A DNA stretch of 32,578 bases from Sphaerochaeta sp. Lineage in GTDB: Bacteria; Spirochaetota; Spirochaetia; Sphaerochaetales; Sphaerochaetaceae. A model generated the notes under the pieces. That model searched no databases and was not told where the DNA came from. It saw only the letters and a list, made by a program, of their open reading frames with translations. Of this stretch, positions 8,268 through 18,380 are shown in pieces (positions within the stretch are counted from its first letter, which is position 1; every line of letters starts with the position of its first letter). The stretch covers positions 1 through 32,578 of the forward strand of contig JBBADN010000001.1 in NCBI GenBank assembly GCA_041656455.1. The letters are read 5' to 3'. The position numbers were made by a program, and so were the translations under genes.

Positions 8268-8377
8268 TTATTTAGGATTATACCCAGTAAAACATCTCAA
8301 GTAAAGAGAGTTCTTATGGTTATACCCCCAAAAACTTTGTTATTTTAGAGGGTTTTTATGGGTATACCCATTCGTAC
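8268..8377. repeat. Three imperfect ~26-bp palindromes at exact 42-bp spacing (operator-like array)
   Basis: TATA centres at 8279-8282, 8321-8324 and 8363-8366. Copies: TTATTTAGGAT-TATA-CCCAGTAAAAC; GTTCTTATGGT-TATA-CCCCCAAAAAC; GTTTTTATGGG-TATA-CCCATTCGTAC. ATGGGTATACCCAT (8358-8371) is a perfect palindrome. Confidence 0.85.
8277..8305 (-). promoter_or_regulatory. Sigma70-type promoter of the AAA+/DUF4143 gene
   Basis: Minus strand TTTACT (8305-8300), 17 bp, TATAAT (8282-8277). The -10 coincides with the centre of the gene-proximal palindrome. Confidence 0.7.
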
Positions 8378-8387
8378 TTTTAGGCAC

Positions 8388-8414
8388 AAAAAACCGCCAT
8401 CGAGTGACAGCGGC
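8388..8414 (-). terminator. Intrinsic terminator after rplQ
   Basis: Minus strand GCCGCTGTC-ACTC-GATGGCGGT stem (with G-U pairs) running into a T-tract. Confidence 0.75.
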
Positions 8415-8463
8415 TTATGAGTTGGACTAAGGCAATTGGAGGCTGTTACCTCTCCGGTGCTCG

Positions 8464-8859
8464 TTAGTCTTTTTTGGCGGCTTTCTTCTTGGTATCTTTT
8501 ACCGGCTTTTCGACCAGCTCAAGGATAACCATCTCAGCAGCGTCCCCAAGGCGGTTACCCGTCTTCAGGATTCTGGTGTAGCCACCGTTGCGCTCAGTAA
8601 AGAGCGGGGCGATCTCTGTGAAGAGCTTGTTGACAACGGCTTTGTCAGAGATATCGCGGGCGATTTGACGGCGGTTGTGAACGCTGTCAGTCTTTGCCCG
8701 GGTTACCATCTTCTCCGCCATTCTCCGAACTTCCAGAGCTTTGGCCTTGGTCGTCTCAATCCGCTCGTAGCGGAAGAGACTGGTGACCATGTTGCGCTTC
8801 ATTGCCTTTCGGTGGGCGGCGTTTCTGCTCAGCGCATTAAACCCAATCTTATGCTTCAT
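8464..8859 (-). CDS. rplQ: 50S ribosomal protein L17
   Basis: [26 protein letters not shown]; follows rpoA with an 11-nt overlap. Confidence 0.97.
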   Translation of the reverse strand: MKHKIGFNALSRNAAHRKAMKRNMVTSLFRYERIETTKAKALEVRRMAEKMVTRAKTDSVHNRRQIARDISDKAVVNKLFTEIAPLFTERNGGYTRILKTGNRLGDAAEMVILELVEKPVKDTKKKAAKKD

Positions 8860-9901
8860 TCTCTTCTTCCTTGTGCTCAGGTACTGTGATTGCGGTCTTG
8901 AGGATGGAGTAGTCAGTCATTCCAAGGCTCAGGTTCCACTCTTTGAGCTTCTCCTTGATCTCTTGGAGGGACTTCTTCCCGAAGTTTCGCGTCTTAGCGA
9001 TCTCATCCTCGCTCTTCTTCGTCAAATCTCCGATTGTGCGGATATTTGCATTCTTGAGGCAATTACTCGAGCGAACCGTTAATTCAAGCTCTTCAACGGA
9101 GGTGTTGAGAATTTTGCGGATCCGCTCCTCTTCTTCATCGACTTCGTCGTTGTTACTAATCAGCGACTCATCGAAGTTAATGAAGATTTGGAAGTAATCT
9201 TTGGCGATCTTTGCCGCTTCAGCTAAGGCGTTCTGCGGGACGATTGTGCCATTGGTGTACACCTCAAGGGTGAGCTTGTCGTAGTCGGAGCGGTACCCAA
9301 CACGGGTCGGCTCGATCGAATACTTCACTCGGGATACGGGACTGAATGTTGCATCAAGGGGAATCGTTCCGATCTCCTCGATGTACTTTTCATTGATTTC
9401 ACTTGGAACATATCCCCGCCCAAGATCAATTTGGACTTCCATCTCAAGGTTTGCATCATCCATCATCGTAAAGAGAACAAGATCCTTGTTGATAATCTCA
9501 ACTTGGTCACGCTCTAATACGGCTCCAGTGACAACGCCCGGGCCTTTGCACTCAATTAAGAGGTTCGTCCCTTCCGCATCTTCGGGCATTTGGATTTGGA
9601 GCTTCTTTAGCGCGGCGATGATATCGCTGATATCTTCGCGCACCCCAGGAAGCTGCTCATACTCGCTCGAGATAAGATGGGGAACACCATCCTCATTGAA
9701 GCTCGTAAATTTGATAGCAGTGACGGCATACCCCTGGATTGAAGAGAGGAGTACCCTACGCAGCGTATTGCCGATCGTCGTTCCAAAGCCCCGTTCAAAC
9801 GGATAGGCGATGAACTTGCCGTAGTTCGGCTCCACAGTGCTGTGTTCGAAGGTGATCCCCTTCGGCTTCTTAAAGCCCTTCAGAAGGTGTTTACGTGCCA
9901 T
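8849..9901 (-). CDS. rpoA: RNA polymerase alpha subunit
   Basis: [27 protein letters not shown], alpha-[16 protein letters not shown]...[10 protein letters not shown]. Confidence 0.98.
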   Translation of the reverse strand: MARKHLLKGFKKPKGITFEHSTVEPNYGKFIAYPFERGFGTTIGNTLRRVLLSSIQGYAVTAIKFTSFNEDGVPHLISSEYEQLPGVREDISDIIAALKKLQIQMPEDAEGTNLLIECKGPGVVTGAVLERDQVEIINKDLVLFTMMDDANLEMEVQIDLGRGYVPSEINEKYIEEIGTIPLDATFSPVSRVKYSIEPTRVGYRSDYDKLTLEVYTNGTIVPQNALAEAAKIAKDYFQIFINFDESLISNNDEVDEEEERIRKILNTSVEELELTVRSSNCLKNANIRTIGDLTKKSEDEIAKTRNFGKKSLQEIKEKLKEWNLSLGMTDYSILKTAITVPEHKEEENEA

Positions 9902-9910
9902 GGTTACTCC

Positions 9911-10552
9911 TTATCGGGAATACAACTCGACGATCAACTGCTCGTTAATCTTCTCGAGTTCGGTTACTTCACTTCTCCTCGGAACTGCAAGGAAGGTCCC
10001 CTTCATTGCGTCCACGTCCAAGCTAAGCCACTGATAGACTCCGCTCTTGGTGAACTCCTTGAGGTTTTCCTTGATGATGATCATCTTCTGCGCCCGGGGG
10101 CTAATCGAAATCTCATCACCAACCTTGACGCGGTAGGAGGGAATATCAACGCGCTTGCCGTTTACAAAGATGTGTCCGTGGTTAACGAACTGAGCAGCTT
10201 GGTAGCGGCTTGCGGCGAAGTGGAGGCGGAAAACGACGTTATCCAAGCGCTGCTCTAAGAGCTGAATCAAGTTCTCACCGGTCTTTCCGGGGATTCTTGC
10301 AGCTTCATTAAAGGTAAGCTTGAACTGCTTCTCCAGCATCGCGTACGTTCTCTTAAGCTTCTGCTTCTCACGAAGCTGAAGGCCGTAGTTAGTTTGTTTC
10401 TTCTGCCGGGCTCGGGGATCCTTTCCAGGCAGGCCAGTGCGCTTTCCGCCATTAAGCGGGCACTTGCCACCAAGACAGCGATCACCTTTAAGGAAGAGCT
10501 TTGTGCCTTCCGCCCTGCAATGTCGGCATTTGGGTCCAGTATATCTTGCCAT
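9911..10552 (-). CDS. rpsD: 30S ribosomal protein S4 (Cys-containing, Zn-binding type)
   Basis: MARYTGPKCRHCR...C...KC, QLREKQK, LEQRLDNVVFR, LIVELYSR. Confidence 0.98.
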   Translation of the reverse strand: MARYTGPKCRHCRAEGTKLFLKGDRCLGGKCPLNGGKRTGLPGKDPRARQKKQTNYGLQLREKQKLKRTYAMLEKQFKLTFNEAARIPGKTGENLIQLLEQRLDNVVFRLHFAASRYQAAQFVNHGHIFVNGKRVDIPSYRVKVGDEISISPRAQKMIIIKENLKEFTKSGVYQWLSLDVDAMKGTFLAVPRRSEVTELEKINEQLIVELYSR

Positions 10553-10569
10553 CTAATTCTTTCTCCTCA

Positions 10570-10947
10570 TCACACTCTTCGACTCTTGCGGGGTCGGCAT
10601 CCGTTGTGGGGGATTGGGGTGATATCGCGAATAGAGCGCACCTTCAATCCAAGTACACCAAGGGTTCGAATCGCACTCTCGCGTCCCACCCCAGGGCCCT
10701 TCACAAAAACGTTTACTTCCTGAAGGCCACTATCCATCGCTGCCTTGGCAGCTTTCTCAGCAGTGGTCTGTGCCGCATAGGGAGTAGATTTCTTTGCTCC
10801 ACGGAAGCCGAGTCCACCGGCACTCGCCCATGACACGGCGTTGCCTTGCAGATCGGTCACGGTGACAATCGTATTATTGAAGGTTGCCTGAATGTAGACA
10901 TTCCCTTCATAGACCGTCTTTTTAGTTTTACGTTTTACAGTTGCCAT
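10570..10947 (-). CDS. rpsK: 30S ribosomal protein S11
   Basis: [30 protein letters not shown]. Confidence 0.98.
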   Translation of the reverse strand: MATVKRKTKKTVYEGNVYIQATFNNTIVTVTDLQGNAVSWASAGGLGFRGAKKSTPYAAQTTAEKAAKAAMDSGLQEVNVFVKGPGVGRESAIRTLGVLGLKVRSIRDITPIPHNGCRPRKSRRV

Positions 10948-10961
10948 CTGTTTCTTGCTCC

Positions 10962-11327
10962 TTACTTCTTCTTACCGGCGACGGTCTTCTTCCTACCCTT
11001 ACGGGTACGAGCGTTCGTCTTCGTTCGCTGGCCATTAACCGGCAAGCCACGGCGGTGCCTGAGGCCACGGTAGCAGCCAATGTCCATAAGGCGCTTGATA
11101 TTCAGGGCAACCTCAGTTCTGAGGCGTCCCTCGACTTTGTACTCTTCTTCGATAACCTTTCGCAGTACTGCGAGGTCATCATTGGAAAGGGTGTTGATAT
11201 TGGACTCTGGATCGATCTTTGTTTTTTCACAAATCTCAACCGCCGAGTACCTACCGATTCCGTAGATATAGGTCAGGGCAATTTTCGTTGCCTTGTTCGG
11301 CAAATCTACACCTGCAATTCTCGCCAT
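10962..11327 (-). CDS. rpsM: 30S ribosomal protein S13
   Basis: [38 protein letters not shown]. Confidence 0.98.
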   Translation of the reverse strand: MARIAGVDLPNKATKIALTYIYGIGRYSAVEICEKTKIDPESNINTLSNDDLAVLRKVIEEEYKVEGRLRTEVALNIKRLMDIGCYRGLRHRRGLPVNGQRTKTNARTRKGRKKTVAGKKK

Positions 11328-11365
11328 CCATGGCCTCCTGAAATTCTCACAGGGTTACTACCCTA

Positions 11366-11479
11366 CTATTTTTGTCTCTGCTTATGCTTGGGGTTATCGC
11401 AGATGATGCGGACCACCCCATTCCGTCTTACTACTTTGCACTTGTCACAAATAGGTTTGACACTTGCTCTTACTTTCAT
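11366..11479 (-). CDS. rpmJ: 50S ribosomal protein L36 (Zn-ribbon C+ type), 37 aa
   Basis: Below the ORF-track cutoff. Manual translation: [37 protein letters not shown], followed by TAG TAG. Confidence 0.96.
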   Translation of the reverse strand: MKVRASVKPICDKCKVVRRNGVVRIICDNPKHKQRQK

Positions 11480-11496
11480 CTTCCAGCTCCTAGTGC

Positions 11497-12813
11497 TTAG
11501 AAATGCTTTGACTTCTTCTGGCCAATCTTGAACCCATCGTAGTGGTGCATCTTCATGATGCTCTCGATCTGGCGCATCGTATCAAGGTCAACTCCAACCA
11601 AGATCAAGAGCGACGTACCTCCGAAGAGCATCGCAACTGTCGAGGGGAAGTTAAAGAACTTCTGCACGAGCGTCGGAATCAAGGCGATGAACGCAAGGAA
11701 GAGTGAACCAGGAAGAACAATTCGGTTGAGAATCTTCGTCAAATACTCTTCGAGTTTCTCAGCCCGAACCCCTGGAACGGATCCTCCGTTCTCGCGGATT
11801 TGCTTAGCCATTTCGATCGGGTTCATCGACACTTGGGTGTAGAAGAACGCGAAAGCCACAATCAACAGGGCGTAGATGATTAGATAGGGGGTGCCCTGAG
11901 GATTTAACCAATTAGCGAAGGCAGCGAGCCATCGAACCTCCGGCCCCAAGGTTGTTGCAATCTGCAAGGGGAAGGAGAGCAGCGCACTGGCGAAGATTAC
12001 TGGAATAACTCCAGAGGGGTTCACCTTGATGGGGATGTACGTTGACTGAGCGCCATACATCTTTCGCCCCACCACGCGCTTGGCGTAGTTTACGGGAATC
12101 TTTCGAATTCCCTGCTCCTCGTAGACAACGAGGGCTACTACGATGAGGAACATCGCTGCGACGATTAAAACAACGATCGGGTTAAGGATCCCAGCGCTGA
12201 TCGACGCAAAGAGTGCGTTGACTGCGGTTGGGAAGCGGGCAACGATACCAGCAAAGATTAAGAGACTGATACCATTTCCAACACCCCACTGGGTGATCTT
12301 ATTACCGATCCAAATCAGCAACATCGAACCGGTTGTAACGGTGAGCATTGCAATGATGGTAAAGCCACCTAAGCCCATCGTTAAGACGCCCGGGATCGAC
12401 TGGGCGTAAATCGTCACTACGTATGATTGAAGCAGACACACCACCACCGTTCCGTAGCGGGTGTACTGCTGCAACTTCTTATGCCCCGAGGGATCGGAGG
12501 CAAGCTTCTTCAAAGAGGGAAGCACTAACATCAAGAGTTGCAGGATAATCTGCGTGCTGATGTACGGCATAACCCCGAGCATGAAGAGCGAGAAGTTTGA
12601 GAACGCTCCGCCACTGAAGAAGTTCAAGTATTCAGTCAATCCAACGTTTGAAGAGGAACTCTGGGCAAGGAAGAATTGCTTCAACACTTGCGGATCAATC
12701 CCCGGAATCGGAATGACCGCCCCGATCCTGCTGACTACCAGCAATCCGAGGGTAATGAAAATCTTCTTGCGAAGACTCTTAATTCTATACATCTCAACTA
12801 AGGTGTTTGCCAT
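11497..12813 (-). CDS. secY: Preprotein translocase SecY
   Basis: [53 protein letters not shown]; multiple TM segments. Confidence 0.98.
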   Translation of the reverse strand: MANTLVEMYRIKSLRKKIFITLGLLVVSRIGAVIPIPGIDPQVLKQFFLAQSSSSNVGLTEYLNFFSGGAFSNFSLFMLGVMPYISTQIILQLLMLVLPSLKKLASDPSGHKKLQQYTRYGTVVVCLLQSYVVTIYAQSIPGVLTMGLGGFTIIAMLTVTTGSMLLIWIGNKITQWGVGNGISLLIFAGIVARFPTAVNALFASISAGILNPIVVLIVAAMFLIVVALVVYEEQGIRKIPVNYAKRVVGRKMYGAQSTYIPIKVNPSGVIPVIFASALLSFPLQIATTLGPEVRWLAAFANWLNPQGTPYLIIYALLIVAFAFFYTQVSMNPIEMAKQIRENGGSVPGVRAEKLEEYLTKILNRIVLPGSLFLAFIALIPTLVQKFFNFPSTVAMLFGGTSLLILVGVDLDTMRQIESIMKMHHYDGFKIGQKKSKHF

Positions 12814-12825
12814 GACGCCCTTCTT

Positions 12826-13257
12826 TTATCTGACCTGTCCGCCCGCAGCGGTAATCTTTTCGACTGCCCCTGCAGAAACCTTCAATCCTTCGATGATAAC
12901 CTTCTTGGTAAGCTCCCCATTGCTGAGAATCTTAGCTTGAGTCTTCACGCCTTTCACCACACCAAGCTCCTTCAGAGCTTCGAGGGTGACGACATCTCCA
13001 TCATCAAAGGTTCGGGAGATATCATCCAAAGAAACGACTGCATACTCCACTTTGAATGGTCCATTGGAGAAGCCGCGCCGAGCTAGGCGGCGATAGAGCG
13101 GCATCTGCCCACCTTCAAACCCAGGGCGAGTACCGCCACCGGAGCGGGAGTTCTGTCCGTCGTGGCCTCTTCCGCTGGATCGACCCTTGCTGGAAGCACC
13201 ACGACCGAGAATCGTCTTCTTGGTATTAGCACCTTTTGGTGCGATAATCTTTGCCAT
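12826..13257 (-). CDS. rplO: 50S ribosomal protein L15
   Basis: GRGHDGQNSRSG, GFEGGQMPLYRRL. Confidence 0.97.
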   Translation of the reverse strand: MAKIIAPKGANTKKTILGRGASSKGRSSGRGHDGQNSRSGGGTRPGFEGGQMPLYRRLARRGFSNGPFKVEYAVVSLDDISRTFDDGDVVTLEALKELGVVKGVKTQAKILSNGELTKKVIIEGLKVSAGAVEKITAAGGQVR

Positions 13258-13258
13258 C

Positions 13259-13453
13259 TTACAACTCCTCGACGTTCACCAGGTGACTGACGACGTTCAC
13301 CATCCCCAGAATAACTGGGTTGGCGTCGTGCACCACGGAACTGGAAATCCGACCTAAGCCGAGCGCCTTTACCGTCCGTCTTTGCTTCGGAAGGGTTCCG
13401 GCAAGCCCCCGTACGAGGGTGATTTTAATCTGCTTCTGTTTTGCCTTGGCCAT
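13259..13453 (-). CDS. rpmD: 50S ribosomal protein L30
   Basis: IKITLVRG...TVKALGLGRI...GMVNVVSHLV; lies between rpsE and rplO. Confidence 0.95.
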   Translation of the reverse strand: MAKAKQKQIKITLVRGLAGTLPKQRRTVKALGLGRISSSVVHDANPVILGMVNVVSHLVNVEEL

Positions 13454-13456
13454 CTC

Positions 13457-13981
13457 TTACCCCCACATCTCACTCAGGGATTTGCCCCGGTTCTTGGCAA
13501 CAACCTTTGCATCAAAGAGGTTCTCTAATGCAACGAACGTCGCCTTCACGTTATTGATATGGTTCTTTGAGCCGAGCGTCTTACTGAGGATATCGTGGAT
13601 TCCTGCAGCGTCGCAAATTGCTCGGACCGTACCGCCGGCGATAACTCCCGTACCAGGAACTGCTGGTTTAAGCAGGACGCTGGCGCCTTTGTAATTCCCA
13701 ATGATCTCATGGGGAATCGTGGAGTTCTTCATCGGAATCTGAATCATCGCACTCTTGGCGCGCTCAACAGCTTTACGAATCGCCTCGGTGATGTCATTGG
13801 CTTTACCAAAGCCGTAGCCAACTTTTCCATTCTGATCGCCAACAACGACGATGGCGCTGAAGGAGAAGCGTCTTCCACCTTTCACGACTTTCGCAACGCG
13901 GTTGATCTTGATCAGTTTCTCGGTCAATCCGTCACTCTTCTCTCGGTCTCTATCTCTATTTCTATCTCGGTTTCTATCCAC
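13457..13981 (-). CDS. rpsE: 30S ribosomal protein S5
   Basis: [25 protein letters not shown]; GTG start; N-terminal DR/NR repeat. Confidence 0.97.
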   Translation of the reverse strand: MDRNRDRNRDRDREKSDGLTEKLIKINRVAKVVKGGRRFSFSAIVVVGDQNGKVGYGFGKANDITEAIRKAVERAKSAMIQIPMKNSTIPHEIIGNYKGASVLLKPAVPGTGVIAGGTVRAICDAAGIHDILSKTLGSKNHINNVKATFVALENLFDAKVVAKNRGKSLSEMWG

Positions 13982-13990
13982 ACTGTCCCC

Positions 13991-14350
13991 CTAGAACTTG
14001 ATCCCGGCTTTGCGGGCGCCGTCGGCGATCGACTTGACGATACCGTGGTAGAGATGCCCGTTTCGATCAAACACACACGTATCGATCTTCTTTTCAAGCA
14101 TCCGCTGGCCAATCGCCTCACCAAGCTTTGCAGCGTCGGTGACGTTATTCTTCAAATCCTTGAGCTCGGGCTCAACGGTTGAGGCAGCCGCGAGGGTGAC
14201 CCCAGCCGTATCGTCGATTACTTGGACGTACATGTGGGTGTTGGAGCGATAGACACTCATCCGTGGCTTGGCACTGGTGCCGCTGATGCGCTTACGGATG
14301 TGGCGCTTTCGCTGCTGTAGTTTTCGCTGTTTATCGATTACTCTTTTCAT
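13991..14350 (-). CDS. rplR: 50S ribosomal protein L18
   Basis: PRMSVYRSN, VFDRNGHLYHG, ARKAGIKF. Confidence 0.97.
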   Translation of the reverse strand: MKRVIDKQRKLQQRKRHIRKRISGTSAKPRMSVYRSNTHMYVQVIDDTAGVTLAAASTVEPELKDLKNNVTDAAKLGEAIGQRMLEKKIDTCVFDRNGHLYHGIVKSIADGARKAGIKF

Positions 14351-14368
14351 TGTATCCTTCCACCCTTA

Positions 14369-14911
14369 TCACTTCGACCCTGCGGTCTTACCAGCCTTGC
14401 GGCGGATTACCTCATCCTCGTAGCGGATTCCCTTGCCCTTGTACGGCTCGGGCTTGCGCAGTGAGCGCAACTCTGCTGCCGTTTGACCAACTTGCTGCTT
14501 GTCGATGCCGGAGAGAACAATCTTCGTCGGCGTTTCAACAACTGCTGTGATTCCTTCCGGAACAACAAAGTCGATCGGTTGAGCGAAGCCGAGGTTCAAC
14601 GTTAAGACGTTGGCCTTTAAGTCGGCTCGGAATCCTACCCCGTTGATGATCAAGGTCTTGGAAAAGCCTTTGGAGACTCCTTCAACCATGTTCACGACGA
14701 GCTGGCGATAGAGGCCGTGGTAGGCGCGGGCACCTTGAGAGTCATCGACTCGGTGAACCACGACACTCCCACCTTCAACTGCCAAGGAGATTTCATCCCG
14801 GCTCTTGAAGTTGAGCTTGCCTTTTGGCCCCTCAACGTTAATCATTCCATCTGCGACTGTAACCGTTACTCCCTGGGGAAGGGTGATCGGGTTGTTTCCA
14901 ATTCGGGACAT
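14369..14911 (-). CDS. rplF: 50S ribosomal protein L6
   Basis: MSRIG, GPKGKL, RKPEPYKGKGIRY. Confidence 0.98.
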   Translation of the reverse strand: MSRIGNNPITLPQGVTVTVADGMINVEGPKGKLNFKSRDEISLAVEGGSVVVHRVDDSQGARAYHGLYRQLVVNMVEGVSKGFSKTLIINGVGFRADLKANVLTLNLGFAQPIDFVVPEGITAVVETPTKIVLSGIDKQQVGQTAAELRSLRKPEPYKGKGIRYEDEVIRRKAGKTAGSK

Positions 14912-14922
14912 TCCTTCTCTCC

Positions 14923-15321
14923 TTACCAGATTGAGCAGATCAGCTCACCACCGACCTTATTCTCAGTCGCCTTCTTACCGGTGATCACACCGACGGAAGT
15001 GGAGACAACAACGACACCGTGGCCGTTGTAGATGCGCGGCATATCCCGATACCCCGTGTAAACACGTCTTCCTGGCGTTGAGATGCGCTCAAGACCGTGG
15101 AGGACTGGAGCTTGCTTCTCATCGTATTTGAGGAAAATACGGATGTAGGAAATACCGTCCTTGGTTACTTTCTTAAAGTTCTTCACGTACCCCTCATTCT
15201 TGAGGATTTTTACGATCTGAAGCTTCATTTTGGACGTAGTCACGTCGACCTTCTCATGGCGCGCCAAGTTGGCGTTCCTGACTTTGGTCAGCATATCTGC
15301 TACTGGATCACTTACAGCCAT
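14923..15321 (-). CDS. rpsH: 30S ribosomal protein S8
   Basis: [29 protein letters not shown]. Confidence 0.98.
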   Translation of the reverse strand: MAVSDPVADMLTKVRNANLARHEKVDVTTSKMKLQIVKILKNEGYVKNFKKVTKDGISYIRIFLKYDEKQAPVLHGLERISTPGRRVYTGYRDMPRIYNGHGVVVVSTSVGVITGKKATENKVGGELICSIW

Positions 15322-15330
15322 TTCACTCTC

Positions 15331-15516
15331 CTACCAACTGGATTTGGTAACACCAGGAATCTGGCCTTCGCTTGCCAACTTCCTAAAACAGATTCTGCAC
15401 ATGTCAAACTGCCGCATATAGCCGCGAGGTCGGCCGCACACCCGGCATCGGTTAACCCGGCGGGTCATGAACTTCGGCTCCCTATTGGCCTTGACAATCA
15501 TCGACTTCTTTGCCAT
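15331..15516 (-). CDS. rpsN: 30S ribosomal protein S14, short Zn-binding (type Z) form
   Basis: 61 aa; RCRVCGRPR...MCRICFR...IPGVTKSSW. Confidence 0.97.
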   Translation of the reverse strand: MAKKSMIVKANREPKFMTRRVNRCRVCGRPRGYMRQFDMCRICFRKLASEGQIPGVTKSSW

Positions 15517-15527
15517 ATATCTCCACC

Positions 15528-16079
15528 TTACTTTGCGAAGGGCATGCCCAAGTTTTTCAACAACGCATAGCCTTCTTCGTCACTCTTCGCAGTCGTAACA
15601 ATGGCAATGTTCAAACCACTGACACGCTCGATCTTATCGAAATCAATTTCGGGGAACACAATCTGCTCGGTAATTCCGAGTGAGTAGTTACCGCGGCCAT
15701 CAAAGGCGTTGGCCTTTACTCCCCTAAAGTCCTTTACCCGGGGTAGCGCGATGCTAATGAGGCGCTCAAGGAAGAACCACATGTTGTCCCCCCTCAGGGT
15801 AACCATTGCGCCAATCTCCATCCCCTCACGGAGTTTGAAGTTTGCGATGGACTTGCGAGCTTTCGTCTTCACCACGTGCTGGCCAGTGATTTGCTCAAGT
15901 TCCTTCACTGCAGAGTCAAGGAGCTTCTTATTTAAAATTGCATCACCAACACCAACACTCACTACGATCTTCTCAACGGCAGGAATCTGCATCCGAGAGG
16001 TGTAGCCAAAATCTTTCAGCAGCTGGGGCGCTACTGTTTCTTGGTATTGTTTTTTCAGGTTCGGTACAAACTTTTCCAT
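15528..16079 (-). CDS. rplE: 50S ribosomal protein L5
   Basis: [33 protein letters not shown]. Confidence 0.98.
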   Translation of the reverse strand: MEKFVPNLKKQYQETVAPQLLKDFGYTSRMQIPAVEKIVVSVGVGDAILNKKLLDSAVKELEQITGQHVVKTKARKSIANFKLREGMEIGAMVTLRGDNMWFFLERLISIALPRVKDFRGVKANAFDGRGNYSLGITEQIVFPEIDFDKIERVSGLNIAIVTTAKSDEEGYALLKNLGMPFAK

Positions 16080-16384
16080 CAGATCACTTCCCCAGTCTTC
16101 TTAGCGTAGCGGACTTTCTTTCCGCTGTCGTCGAACTTGTAACCAATCTTGCTTGTCTGACCTTTACCGGTCATATAGGCAACGTTGGAGACGTGAATCG
16201 GAGCCTCAAGCTCCACGATGCCGCCTTGGTCCTGGGCAGATTTCTTGCGCATCGTCTTTTTGACCATGTTCGCGCCCTGGACGATGACCCGTTCCTTCTT
16301 GTGGTCGATCTTAACGATCTTTCCACTCTTGCCTTTATCTTTTCCGGCAATGATCAGCACGGTGTCGTTTTTCTTCAACTTCAT
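16079..16384 (-). CDS. rplX: 50S ribosomal protein L24
   Basis: KOW motif [22 protein letters not shown]. Start taken at ATG 16384, which has an AGGAG SD, rather than GTG 16393. Confidence 0.96.
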   Translation of the reverse strand: MKLKKNDTVLIIAGKDKGKSGKIVKIDHKKERVIVQGANMVKKTMRKKSAQDQGGIVELEAPIHVSNVAYMTGKGQTSKIGYKFDDSGKKVRYAKKTGEVI

Positions 16385-16395
16385 GTGCAACACTC

Positions 16396-16761
16396 CTACA
16401 ACACTTCCGGCGCAAGGGAAACGATCTTCATGTACTGGTCGCGTAATTCACGAGCAACAGGGCCAAAGATCCGCTTTCCGCGCGGGTTATTGTTGGCATC
16501 GATGATGACGCACGCATTATCATCGAACCTGATATAGGTACCGTCAGGTCGTCGGTATTCCTTCTTCGTACGGACGATTACTGCCCGCATAACTTCACCT
16601 TTCTTGATCGCGCCATTGGGAAGAGCACTGCGAACGCTCACGGTGACGATATCACCAACGCCCGCGGTATAGCGGTGGGTCCCACCGAGGACCTTGATCA
16701 CCTGCACAGTCTTCGCCCCACTGTTGTCGGCAACGTTCATGTAACTTTGCATTTGTACCAT
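16396..16761 (-). CDS. rplN: 50S ribosomal protein L14
   Basis: [33 protein letters not shown]. Confidence 0.98.
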   Translation of the reverse strand: MVQMQSYMNVADNSGAKTVQVIKVLGGTHRYTAGVGDIVTVSVRSALPNGAIKKGEVMRAVIVRTKKEYRRPDGTYIRFDDNACVIIDANNNPRGKRIFGPVARELRDQYMKIVSLAPEVL

Positions 16762-16776
16762 AATCGTCTCTCCTTC

Positions 16777-17028
16777 TTACCGGGCTTTCTCAACGATCTG
16801 GACGAGGCGGTGGTGCTTGTCCTTGCTCAAGGGGCGGGTCTCTACGATTCTTACCGTATCGCCGATGCCAGCCTCATTACGCTCATCGTGGGCCTTCACC
16901 TTCTTGGTGCGGGTCAAATATTTCTTGTACAGAGGGTGCAGCTTGCGACTTGTGAGTTGGACAACAATTGTCTTCTCCATCTTGTCACTGACAACCACTC
17001 CGGTGTAACTCTTTCGAATCTTTTGCAT
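16777..17028 (-). CDS. rpsQ: 30S ribosomal protein S17
   Basis: [27 protein letters not shown]. Confidence 0.97.
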   Translation of the reverse strand: MQKIRKSYTGVVVSDKMEKTIVVQLTSRKLHPLYKKYLTRTKKVKAHDERNEAGIGDTVRIVETRPLSKDKHHRLVQIVEKAR

Positions 17029-17043
17029 TTGATGAGTTCTCCC

Positions 17044-17250
17044 TTACTTCGCAGCCTTGCGGATTCCCAGCTCATACTCCCTGATCAGGGTGTTAGTCCG
17101 GGCGATATTTCGTCGAATCGTTCGAACGGCGAGGGGGTTTTCCACGTGGCCAAGCACGCGACCCATCCGTAAGTCGAAGTATTCTTTGTGCAGTTGCTCT
17201 CTTTTAGCGACCAACTCTTCAAGGGTCAGCTCTTTATAGGAATGTTTCAT
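17044..17250 (-). CDS. rpmC: 50S ribosomal protein L29
   Basis: Position between rplP and rpsQ; [13 protein letters not shown]. Confidence 0.94.
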   Translation of the reverse strand: MKHSYKELTLEELVAKREQLHKEYFDLRMGRVLGHVENPLAVRTIRRNIARTNTLIREYELGIRKAAK

Positions 17251-17666
17251 TACATCACCTCCCGGCGGGAGACGAACTTCGTCTTGATCGGAAGCTTGCT
17301 CCCTGCGAGCGCAAGCGCTTCGCGGGCGAGTTCTTCACTGACTCCTCCCATCTCGAACATGACAGCCCCAGTCTTTACAACTGCGACCCACCCTTCAGGG
17401 TTCCCCTTACCATTACCCATTCTCGTTTCAGCGGGCTTCTTCGTGTACGGCATATCGGGGAAAATCCGAATCCATACCTTACCACCACGCTTAATGTGAC
17501 GGGTCATCGCAACACGAGCGGCTTCGATTTGGCGGTTGGTGATCCACTTCGGCTCGAGGGCCAAGAGGCCATACTCACCAAAGGCGATCGTATTACCACG
17601 AGTGGCAATCCCATCGACGGAGCCGCGCTGTTTCTTTCTGTATTTAATTCTCTTCGGACTCAGCAT
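17250..17666 (-). CDS. rplP: 50S ribosomal protein L16
   Basis: [33 protein letters not shown]. Confidence 0.98.
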   Translation of the reverse strand: MLSPKRIKYRKKQRGSVDGIATRGNTIAFGEYGLLALEPKWITNRQIEAARVAMTRHIKRGGKVWIRIFPDMPYTKKPAETRMGNGKGNPEGWVAVVKTGAVMFEMGGVSEELAREALALAGSKLPIKTKFVSRREVM

Positions 17667-17669
17667 TGC

Positions 17670-18380
17670 TTACAAACTCCTCGCCTCAAGGTCATCTGAG
17701 CGGCTGCTCTTGCGAACAAGATCACCAGCTTCATCTTTCACAGGGCGATCGTAGATCTCTCCGTTGAACACCCAAACCTTTACTCCAACGACACCAAAGC
17801 TGGTATCGGCGGTTGCAAAGCCATAGTCGATATCACTGCGAAGGGTGTGAAGAGGAATTCTTCCTTCCTTCATCCACTCGCTGCGGGCGATCTCAGCGCC
17901 ACCGATTCGACCGGAAAGGCGAATCTTGACACCTTGAGCCCCACTCTGCATCGCTTTGGAGACGGCAATCTTCATCGCCCGGCGGAAAGATCCACGAGCA
18001 ACGAGTTGGCGCGCTACGTTCATTGCAATGAGCTGAGCGTCCGCTTCAGGCTTCTTTACTTCTTTAATCTTGATCTGAATCTTCTTATCAGTGAGCTTTT
18101 GTAAGCGCTCGCCGAGCTTCTCGACGTTAGCTCCCTTGCTACCGATAATCACCCCGGGGCGACTGGTGGTAATCACCATCGTAATCCGTTGGGGCTTACG
18201 AATGATTTCAAGATCGCTGATCTCAGCACCGGCAGTCTCCGGGCTTCCCATCAACGCTTTGCGAAGGAGCAAATCCTCGTGGAGCGTATCCGCATAGTCG
18301 CGGGGATCGACGTACCACTTGGACTTCCATGTCTTATTGATTCCAAGTCTCAGACCAATTGGGTTTACTTTCTGGCCCAT
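17670..18380 (-). CDS. rpsC: 30S ribosomal protein S3
   Basis: MGQKVNPIGLRLG, RPGVIIG, EGRIPLHTLRSDIDY. Confidence 0.98.
   Translation of the reverse strand: MGQKVNPIGLRLGINKTWKSKWYVDPRDYADTLHEDLLLRKALMGSPETAGAEISDLEIIRKPQRITMVITTSRPGVIIGSKGANVEKLGERLQKLTDKKIQIKIKEVKKPEADAQLIAMNVARQLVARGSFRRAMKIAVSKAMQSGAQGVKIRLSGRIGGAEIARSEWMKEGRIPLHTLRSDIDYGFATADTSFGVVGVKVWVFNGEIYDRPVKDEAGDLVRKSSRSDDLEARSL

Noticed and set aside
8268-8377. 42-bp periodic repeat as a mini CRISPR array
   Set aside because: Only three degenerate copies, spacers of ~16 bp are too short, no cas genes are present, and one copy overlaps a promoter -10. It fits DNA-binding sites better.
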